Assembly: GCA_964016885.1 (NCBI GenBank)
Contig: OZ024741.1
Location: forward strand, 55,490,001-55,554,000
Length of the DNA stretch: 64,000 nucleotides
Origin: Eledone cirrhosa
Taxonomy: Eukaryota
Reading direction: 5' to 3'
Positions 54,791-64,000 of the stretch are shown here, piece by piece. The position numbers and the translations under genes were made by a program. The notes below the pieces were generated by a model that was given only the letters and a program-made list of their open reading frames with translations, did not search any database and was not told where the DNA came from. How positions within the stretch are numbered: the first letter of the stretch is position 1; each line of letters opens with the position of its first letter.

Positions 54791-55415
54791 TAATTTAATA
54801 TATCAACTAACATAAGCGCACAGATGCACGCCCATGCCAGCAAATACACAGGTTATGTCATAGTACCTAGGTGGTTCAATGCAGGAGAATGCAGAACAAT
54901 AATATAAAGGACGTAAAATAAGAAAATATTAGTTGGAGTGAAAATTTAAGTAAGTAAAAAATTTTTTTAAAATTTTTTTTAAAAAAATATTTTCTTATTT
55001 TACGTCCTTTATATTATTGTTCTGCATTCTCCTGCATTGAACCACCTAGGTACTATGACATAACCTGTGTATTTGCTGGCATGGGCGTGCATCTGTGCGC
55101 TTATGTTAGTTGATATATTAAATTATCTATATTTATCTCCAAATCACTGATTTGTCGAGCAAACTTGTCAAAAGCACTTCTAAAAAAATTTTTTTGGGGG
55201 TGTTAGTAGGCGTCAGTCATCTTACCATCCCATTCCTTCTAACTAGCCTCTGTGTCACGTGATTGATTCTTTAGAATCGGCCATTTGACTTGAAGCAGTG
55301 AGAATTTCGGTACATAGAATCCAGTCCTCGCAAGCTGTTCGATCTACCGAATTATTATTATTTTTATATGAGCCGCCAGTGTCCGCGCATTGCCTGGAGA
55401 CTTAACTGAGAATAG

Positions 55416-55497
55416 ACTCCCTGATGACGCAATGAATTCTCGACAGTTGGATTACGTAACTGTCTTTATCCCATTGCAGAAACTAATTAGTTGGAGT
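55416..55497 (+). ncRNA. Type-I hammerhead ribozyme, family 6
   Basis: actcc-CTGATGA-c-gcaatg..gacagtt..aactgtc..cattgc-a-GAA-ACTAATTAGT-T-ggagt; GUU triplet. Confidence 0.82.
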
Positions 55498-55973
55498 GAA
55501 AATTTAAGTAAGTAAAAAATTTTTTTAAAATTTTTTTTAAAAAAATATTTTCTTATTTTACGTCCTTTATATTATTGTTCTGCATTCTCCTGCATTGAAC
55601 CACCTAGGTACTATGACATAACCTGTGTATTTGCTGGCATGGGCGTGCATCTGTGCGCTTATGTTAGTTGATATATTAAATTATCTATATTTATCTCCAA
55701 ATCACTGATTTGTCGAGCAAACTTGTCAAAAGCACTTCTAAAAAAATTTTTTTTGGGGTGTTAGTAGGCGTCAGTCATCTTACCATCCCATTCCTTCTAA
55801 CTAGCCTCTGTGTCACGTGATTGATTCTTTAGAATCGGCCATTTGACTTGAAGCAGTGAGAATTTCGGTACATAGAATCCAGTCCTCGCAAGCTGTTCGA
55901 TCTACCGAATTATTATTATTTTTATATGAGCCGCCAGGGTCCGCGCATTGCCTGGAGACTTAACTGAGAATAG

Positions 55974-56055
55974 ACTCCCTGATGACGCAATGAATTCTCG
56001 ACAGTTGGATTACGTAACTGTCTTTATCCCATTGCAGAAACTAATTAGTTGGAGT
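55974..56055 (+). ncRNA. Type-I hammerhead ribozyme, family 6, second copy
   Basis: Identical motif 558 bp downstream. Confidence 0.82.
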
Positions 56056-56124
56056 GAAAATTTAAGTAAGTAAAAAATTTTTTTAAAATTTTTTTTAAAA
56101 AAATATTTTCTTATTTTACGTCCT

Positions 56125-56167
<43 letters not shown>

Positions 56168-56181
56168 CGTGTGTGTGTATA

Positions 56182-56259
<78 letters not shown>

Positions 56260-56577
56260 ATGAGTGTAAGGTGTTTATATATCTCTCTCACTGAATCAAA
56301 GTTCCGAGATATTAAAATTCTCCGAAACTTCAAAAGAAATCCAGTCCACTACAGTTAACCAGAAAACAACACAAACACAACTGTATTCAAAATTCGAAAA
56401 TTTCAGCTAGACCCCCATTTAATTCCGGTTGGGGAAGTTTGTGGCTTTAGTCGAGTATTTTGCAGAAACATGGCGGGTACTGCATATATATACAGCCCCC
56501 ACCTACCACACATATGCATTGATATATTTATGCGTGGAGCTTTTTGTTATTCAAATTGTCCACACACACACACACAC

Positions 56578-56684
<107 letters not shown>

Positions 56685-56693
56685 CATATATAT

Positions 56694-57010
56694 ACACGAG
56701 GGTAAGTCAAACCTTATCCACACTCTCTTTTTTTAAATGTATTTACACAAAAGCAGGGGTTAAACCAGTATGTCATTTTTCTCCATCGACTCCTTCCCTT
56801 TCAATTCACTTGGTCCAGCGATCCACAAACTTACATATTCCCTCTAAGAAGAAGGTTTTCGGTTGGTCACGCAACCATTTATTTGTCTCTTCCTGCACCC
56901 GTTTATCCGTTGGAAATCGACGACTTTCTAAAGCATCTTTGAGCAGTCCAAAAAGATGACAGTCGGAAGACGCGAGATCATGGCTGTAAGTAGGGTGTTC
57001 CAGCACCTCA
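56694..57010 (-). mobile_element. mariner transposon 3' fragment with TIR
   Basis: HPTYSHDLASSDCHLFG (YSPDLAP-like) ... FFLEGI.KFVDRW.K; terminal ACGAGGGTAAGTCAAA next to (TA)n. Confidence 0.88.
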
Positions 57011-57049
57011 AAACGCTATCAATATAGTTGCATTTAGTCTCTTTAGGTA

Positions 57050-58290
57050 GTACAGCATGGTTGAATATCTGGTTTAAGATTTATGATTAAATTTATTGTA
57101 AGAATTAAGTTTAAGTGTACTGTTAATATTTGGTTTAAATATATGGTTAAAATTAGATTTAGGGGTTGTATTAAAATTCGGGTTAAGGTTTGTGTTAGGC
57201 TTTGATTAGATTATGGCTAGGTTTCGGCTCGAGGACAGAAGAGCTAAGTTTAGAGTTAATATATTTTTAGGATTAGGCTCAGATTTGGGGATATCATTCG
57301 AGTCTGAATTTCTGTTTAGGGGTTACATTAGGGTAAAGTTTAGACGGTAGGATACGAGGAAAATTTAGGTTTAGGGTTCATTGATATCTGAGTTTCGTAA
57401 GTTTAATGATATGAAAAGGGTTAGCGTATTTGGATTAGCATTACGGTTACGTATATCTTTAATCAATCAATCAAGTTTCCACAACCGGAGCAGCCAGTAG
57501 TTAAAGTATCATTTTAGACGTTTGACTGTGTTCATCATCGCGTTTCAGTGGGCGTTAGAAATGCTTGGCGGTGCCCATCTTCTCGCCAAGCATCCAGCTC
57601 ATCATTACCAACAGAAGCAGTAACCGGGTAGCCAGAAGTGAGTCAGGTGAGAACCGGTCTACCCGTCTACCCACGAAGGATGCCGCTGCCTGATATCAAT
57701 GTTTTCAGGTAAGGCTTCTTAAATCCTGATTAACTGTACGTCAGGTATTACAATAACGTTTCTTTCACTCACCTCACTCTACTTTCAAAGGAATATATTT
57801 CTTGGGGTTAGTGTCATCCTTTAATTCAAAATTTAGTATATGATTTGAATACTTAGCTTTAGGATTAAATATGTGAGTTAGGTATTAGATTTAGAGTTAC
57901 AATTCTTCATAGAAATTACCCTTAAGATGAATTTTAGAGTTAATATTGAGGCAAAAGTGAGTGGAATATTTAGGCTTAGGTTTACAATTAGTGTTGGTTA
58001 AAGGTTAGAATTCAAGTTAATGTTAGAAATAAGGGTGGTTTTCAAACCGGAGTTGGGATTAATATAAACGTTTGGATAAGGATTGGAATTTTATAGAGAT
58101 TTAGGATTTAGGGTATCGTGAGTGCTAGGTAGCAATTTGAAGTTAAGATTTCATAACAATTTTGGGATGATAGTAATAAATGTTTACGTTAGAGTTAGCG
58201 TTAAAGTTTGGGTTAGTAGTATGGAAAACTACTGGCGTTTTCATGGTCAATTTATGGGTTTTAAGTCTAAGAAATTTATACAATTTAGAA
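57050..58290 (+). repeat. Highly degenerate TTAGGG/TTAGG-like T/G-skewed tract, interrupted at about 57460-57790
   Basis: Many TTAGG, TTAGGG, TTAGA and GGTTA words on one strand. Confidence 0.55.
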
Positions 58291-58401
58291 TTTTCTAAAT
58301 ATCCTTGGACATGTATGGTCTATCTATCTATCTATCTATCTTTCTCTCTATCTATCTATATCTATCTATCTATATCTATCTATCTATATATATCTCTCTA
58401 T

Positions 58402-58660
58402 ATCAGCCTGTAGATTGAGGAAAAGGAGGAGGAGAGGAAAGGAGTACAAGCTCTTCGTACTCCTGGAGATGAGGGTTGCACATTTTTTTCGGGGGTCTGT
58501 GTTACCCATATAAACTGTCTCCCTCTATTGGGGAAAATCGACTAACTTTTAAATTCCATCTGTGATAACATTTTACACGTTTTTATTGTATGTAAACTTC
58601 CCCCTTTGTATTTGTCCCCTTCTTTTGTGCCCCTGTGGCTAATAAAGAAATATATCTATC
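58402..58660 (+). mobile_element. Solo Tx1 3'UTR in (TATC)n
   Basis: AGCCTGTAG..GTGGCTAATAAAGAAATATATCTATC matches the copy 2 3' end. Confidence 0.85.
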
Positions 58661-58757
58661 TTTCTCTCTATCTATCTATCTATCTTTCTCTCTATCTATC
58701 CTTATATCTATCTATCTATCTATCCTTATATCTATCTGTCTGTCTGTCTGTCTATCT

Positions 58758-59070
58758 GATGCAATCCCAACTTAGATGGGCTGATCATATCCTACGAATT
58801 AATGAGGACCACACACAAGGTAGTATTATAGAGTCAACTTCATAATGGTGCAGACCATTACTCAGATATGAAGACAAACCGAAAAGCAATCTTAAATCTG
58901 TGAACGTACTTCTCACTTCTTTTGAAACCCTAGCTGCTGACCGTGGAAAATGGAGAACTGTCGACCATGAAGGTATAAAGAACTTTGAAAAATCTCGTCT
59001 GGTCCACCTTCGTGGTCTAAGATCTAACACCAAGTTTCGACCAGACCTTCCATCCCGCTATCAATCTATA
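58758..59070 (+). mobile_element. RTE LINE 3' fragment
   Basis: QLRWADHILRI and ETLAADRGKWR motifs. Confidence 0.7.
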
Positions 59071-59075
59071 TGTAT

Positions 59076-59194
59076 AACGAAGGAAGTGTGGTAAGGAACC
59101 AGGTGGACCATAACGCTAAATCCGAACTGATTTAGCGTTCGGATCTAGCTGTCGAAACGGTCGCAGCTCAGCCGTCGGAGTCCTGACTCTTTTC

Positions 59195-59200
<6 letters not shown>
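59076..59200. mobile_element. Inverted mini-insertion: 41-bp tail, then an opposite-strand HHR 3' half
   Basis: Tail matches 50711 and 61732; GTCGAAACGG..GCCGTCGGAGTC, ending TTTTCCTATA|(TA)n. Confidence 0.7.
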
Positions 59201-59249
<49 letters not shown>

Positions 59250-59269
59250 GTATGGTGGGTAAAATTCCC

Positions 59270-59885
59270 GATATCCATGGACGAGTTCTCTCCAGCAGTC
59301 TCTGTCCTTCATCATCGCTGACATGTCCTGCGTCTCCAAGAGACATGTGGCTGTCCTTAGGGCATCAACATATGTCAACCTCGGTCTCCCTCTTCTAGAG
59401 TATCCGTGTAGGGGCTCCCACAGGACCGCTGAGTGCAGTGTCAACTCAGTCTCCTCTATGTTACTTCCAAGCTGACTTTTGGGAGGTTCCCGTACAGCTC
59501 TGAGTTCTTCATCCTCAGTATATACTGATTAATGTTCAGAGCCATCCTCAGCATTCTCGTATAGCACCCATCCACCATCTGAGTGAGCTTCTTGGTCAGT
59601 GTCCAAGTCTCAGACCTGTAAAGTAGCACAGACTCCACTGTAGCAACGAAGAGACGGATCTTTAAGTCTTTACGAAGGTCCGACTTCCACACTGATCTTA
59701 AACTGTGGCACCCCTCCCAGGCTTTGCTCTTCCTCTCAACTACATCATCCTTTGTGCTCCCAATCTTTGCTCCCAAATACAGGAAGTCCTCAACCAACTC
59801 TAGCAGCTTCCGGCCTACATTCATAATCTTCTCTGGCTTCTTAATGTTCTCTACCAGATACTTCGTCTTAATCTCATTCATTCTC
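59270..59885 (-). mobile_element. RTE/RTEX-like LINE 3' fragment
   Basis: DFLYLGA, KIRLF.ATVESVLLY.SETW, DGCYTRMLR and RRGRP.LTYVD. Confidence 0.85.
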
Positions 59886-59989
59886 ATATACATGTGTGTT
59901 TATATATATATATATATATACTATGAAGAGAGAAGAAACATTAGATATAATTAGTAATAAGATGTATCATACCTAAACTGCTTCTAAAT

Positions 59990-60079
59990 TCCTCGACTAC
60001 GTAGTTTCGTGGCATAATCAAAAACAATACATCACAGAGATATATAATTTTTGTGAGGTCTGCCGACTTATCAAGAGGA
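59990..60079 (-). ncRNA. Type-I hammerhead ribozyme, family 7 (U3-A8 core)
   Basis: Reverse complement of 60523-60612. Confidence 0.82.
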
Positions 60080-60522
60080 TACCTCATTAAGGGTTTCAAA
60101 AACACGTCTGTAAGATGCGAGATAGAATCCCAAAAGGCGGAGGAGTCAATCACGTGATACAGCGGTCAAGAAACAGAGCTAAGCCTCTTATAACCCTGAA
60201 AAAAATACCACGGAGCCGGGCGGAGCGGGTATTTATATCGAGGCCGTAGAAGAGGTGGTTAAGGAGGCAAGAAGTATGAGTAATGGTAGCTTTCCAGCAG
60301 TCACTACACTTCAAGGGTTACTCGACCAAAGGGAGTTATAAACAATATATAGAGAAACACACAGATACATGCGGGGACACACATATACATGAATATATCC
60401 ACATCCATCCAGAGGCTTAGCTCTGTTTCTTGACCGCTGTATCACGTGATTGACTCCCCCTCCGCCTTTTGGGATTCTATCTCGCATCTTACAGACGTGT
60501 TTTTGAAACCCTTAATGAGGTA

Positions 60523-60612
60523 TCCTCTTGATAAGTCGGCAGACCTCACAAAAATTATATATCTCTGTGATGTATTGTTTTTGATTATGCCACGAAACTA
60601 CGTAGTCGAGGA
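60523..60612 (+). ncRNA. Type-I hammerhead ribozyme, family 7 (U3-A8 core)
   Basis: tcctc-TTGATAA-gt.ggca...tgccac-GAA-ACTACGTAGT-C-gagga; GUC triplet. Confidence 0.82.
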
Positions 60613-60856
60613 ATTTAGAAGCAGTTTAGGTATGATATATCTTATTACTAATTATATCTAATGTTTCTTCTCTCTTCATAATGTATTATATAGCTCTGAT
60701 ACTGGTTCAGTCTAATCCATTCGGATTGGTTTGTCCCAGTTATTGATAGAGCAACATCGGTTAAGGTTGGCACCATTAACTCAAGGATGGATGTGGATAT
60801 ATTCACGTATATGTGTGTGTCCGCATGTATCTGTGTGTTTCTCTATATATTGTGTA

Positions 60857-60896
<40 letters not shown>

Positions 60897-61588
60897 CACA
60901 ATATATAGAGAAACACACAGATACATGCGGACACACACATATACGTGAATATATCCACATCCATCCTTGAGTTAATGGTGACTTTGGACATCCTGCAGGA
61001 CTAAAAACAAAACCTGTCAAAAGGCAAAGGAGCTCTTAAGAGTCAATGGCCATCCAAAATCACCGGGAGAGATGACCCCTTAGCCTTTGTCAAGGCGGAA
61101 TTCTAGGAGAAGGAAAACTCTGATATAACACCTGCAACCCTGATGGTATCCAATGATGTTGACTTGTTCTTCTTTTTGGTAAATATCATCTTGGTTAAGA
61201 GAGTGGGACTGGCATTGTGCAGTGCCTTTGCTCACTATAAAAGCTTCACGGCACAGGCATTGCTTTGTATCTGGAGATCTCTCTGCATTTGTCGTCACAT
61301 GGTACCATGGGCCCAGCACTATGTGTCAATAATTGTCACAAGTGTAGTGTTTGTACCAGAGCTTTCAAGTCGCTGGCTGGACTAAAAAGTCACACTCGTT
61401 CAGCGCATCAGTAGGGGTTCTCCTACATGGATATAAAGTAGTGGCCGTACTCGAAAACGAGTTGGCAGCCACCATATACATATATATGCATACATATATT
61501 CATATGTATGTGTATGTATATGTATGTATATATATATATATATGTGTGTTTGTATATATATGTATATATATGTATGTCTATATATAAG

Positions 61589-61707
<119 letters not shown>

Positions 61708-61849
61708 ATATATATATATATTTATATATATAACGAAGGAAATGTGGTAAGGAACCAGGTGGACCATAACGCACCAAAGTACTCAATACTATGATATTAA
61801 ATAATACAATGATATTAAATAAATTAAACTATATTTATAAAACCATATT

Positions 61850-61912
61850 TATTTTATTATATATATTTCAAGGGCACCAAAACACTTTGGTACGCTTTCT
61901 TCAGATAAAATA
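61850..61912 (-). ncRNA. Minimal type-I hammerhead ribozyme, family 8
   Basis: Reverse complement of 63676-63739, with small differences in the stem II loop. Confidence 0.78.
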
Positions 61913-63675
61913 CAAAGTTTGTTTTATAAATAGAGACATACCCAGGAAAATCATACCGTATCAGTTGAATATTCCCTGGATAGTGGAAATGTATAATGGA
62001 TTTTTCAAACTTATGGGTAAATATGCAAATGAATATGTAAATAATTGAAAAACAACCGTTAATTTAAACGACTATGGAGAGTTTAGTAAGAGAGAGAGAA
62101 GAGAAGAAGGAAAAAATAGTAAGAGAGAGAGAGAAAAAGGAAAAAAGCAAAGATAAATGAAAAGCTCATATAACGTTAATTTGAGGGAAATATATTCGAA
62201 CAGTTATCTATGTATATATGTAAGTATATATTTTAATAGTATGTGTATTTATATTAAAAGATAATTTACAATTATTAGTTGTTTATAATTTGTTTATAAT
62301 ATGAGTTACGAGGGATGTTTTTGTTCCGTTTTAATAAATAAATAAATAAATAAATGGGTATATTATGTAAATAAATATGTATTTAAATATGTATTTAAAA
62401 TTGAGAATGATTTAAAATTAAATTAACGGAGTTAAGTAATATTTATATGATTGAAAAGGAAAGATAAGGAAAGATAAACTCCGATTTTATTTATTCGTTA
62501 GTGTGAGACTATTTAGTCAAAATAAGTATGGATGCTTAAGATACATTTAGCCAGAATCAGTTTGTGGTTACTATCTACATTTAAATAATAGCTTTAGGTG
62601 TCATTGTACTTAATAAAGACTTAAGAATTAAGAAATTAAGAAAATTAAAAAATAAAAACTTTTTTCAAAATTTTTTAATTTTTTAATTTTTTAATTTTTT
62701 AATTTTTTAATTTTTTAATTTTTTAATTTTTTAATTTTTTAATTTTTTAATTTTTTAATTTTTTAATTTTTTAATTTTTTAATTTTTTAATTTTTTTATT
62801 TTCTTAATTTTCTAAATTAAAAAATTTTTAAATTAAAAAATTTTTTTTTTTATCTAAAAAAAAACTTTAAAAAATTTTTATTTTCTTAATTACTTAATTC
62901 TTAAGTCTTTATTAAGTACAATGACACCCTCTAAAGCTATTATTTAAATGTAGATAATAACCACTAACTGATTCAGGCTAAATGTATCTTAAGCATCCAC
63001 ACTTATTTTGACTAAATAGTCTCACACTAACGAATAAATAAAATCGGAGTTTATCTTTCCTTATCTTTGCTTTTCAACCATATAAATATTATTACTTAAC
63101 TCTGTTAATTTAATTTTAAATCATTCTCAATTTAAAATACATATTTAAATACATATTTATAAATACATATTTATTTACATAATATACCCTATATTTATTT
63201 ATTTATCTACTTAAAACGGAACAAAAACATCCCTCGTAACTCATATTATAAACAAATTATAAACAACTAATAATTGTAAATTATCCTTTTAATATAAATA
63301 CATATACTATTAAAATATATACTTACATATATACATAGATAACTGTTCGAATATATTTCCCTCAAATTAACTTTATATGAGCTTTTCATTTATCTTTGCT
63401 TTTTTCCTTCTTCTCTCTCTCTTACTATTTTTTCCTTCTTCTCTTCTCTCTCTCTTACTATTTTTTCCTTCTACTCTCTCTTACTATTATATATTATATA
63501 TCTAAACTCTCCATAGTCGTTTAAATTAACGGTTGTTTTTCAATTATTTACATATTCATTTGCATATTCACCCATAAGTTTGAAAAATCCATTATACATT
63601 TCCACTATCCAGGGAATATTCAACTGATACGGTATGATTTTCCTGGGTATGTCTCTACTTATAAAACAAACTTTG

Positions 63676-63739
63676 TATTTTATCTGAAGAAAGCGTACCA
63701 AAGTGCTTTTGGTGCCCTTGAAATATATATAATAAAATA
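63676..63739 (+). ncRNA. Minimal type-I hammerhead ribozyme, family 8
   Basis: tattttat-CTGAAGA-aagcgtaccaaa..tttggtgccctt-GAA-ATATATAT-A-ataaaata; AUA triplet. Confidence 0.78.
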
Positions 63740-64000
63740 AATATGGTTTTATAAATATAGTTTCCATTTATTTAATAACATTGATATATATACATATATA
63801 GATAGATATATAGGTGTATATATATGATGGTGTATATGTTTGTACGTGGGCGACTGTGTGGGCGTCTGTGTGTGTGTGTGTGTGTGAGTGTGTGTGTCTG
63901 TGTGTGTGTGCGAGAGAGAGAGTGAGTGTGTGTGTGTTTTCGTGAACTCTTATGGACACGCCAACCTAAATTCACTGAAGGATTATTCACTAATTCCCTC

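Larger units (their letters stand above)
54786..56128 (+). mobile_element. Retrozyme-like tandem repeat, 558-bp unit x 2.1 (54928-56128), with a 143-bp inverted arm (54786-54930), in (TA)n
   Basis: AGTTGGAGTGAAAATTT at 54931, 55489 and 56047; one HHR per unit. Confidence 0.9.
59922..60980. mobile_element. Complex fold-back from a roughly 596-nt HHR unit (arms 59923-60188 and 60411-60679; extra palindrome 60771-60980)
   Basis: Mirror ORFs 59941- and 60446+; segment 60343-60410 recurs at 60786-60852 (reverse complement) and 60899-60966. Confidence 0.85.
61732..63784. mobile_element. 2.05-kb asymmetric AT-rich fold-back in (TA)n: tail 61732-61806, arms about 61807-62655 and 62875-63784
   Basis: Mirror ORFs 61791+ and 63540-; an HHR in each arm; (TTTTTTAA)n spacer. 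Confidence 0.9.

Overview
This is eukaryotic, gene-free, repeat-saturated DNA from an invertebrate (probably a cephalopod, judged only from SINE and microsatellite style). It contains four stacked Tx1/L1-clade LINE relics in (GATA)n tracts (1-12.4 kb), a near-complete Ty3/Gypsy LTR element (27.6-33.4 kb), and a Naiad-type Penelope-like element (PLE) folded into a 5.3-kb inverted repeat (34.3-39.6 kb). It also holds a second PLE relic with a 13 x 100-bp internal amplification, R4/Dong and RTE LINE fragments, a Helitron relic, mariner fragments, tRNA-derived SINEs and many microsatellites. The signal the ORF track misses is a recurring class of insertions into (TA)n tracts. These are asymmetric fold-backs that carry minimal type-I hammerhead ribozymes (HHRs): 16 complete motifs plus one degenerate motif, in 8 sequence families, two with a U3-A8 covariant core. 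One arm carries an extra 60-140 bp tail, and the other arm stops at a reproducible internal TA-like site. Homologous tails are shared by otherwise unrelated bodies, and two families appear to derive from 560-600-nt tandem or circular retrozyme-like units. All motif calls were made by eye, coordinates may be off by a few bases, and nothing was computed or searched.
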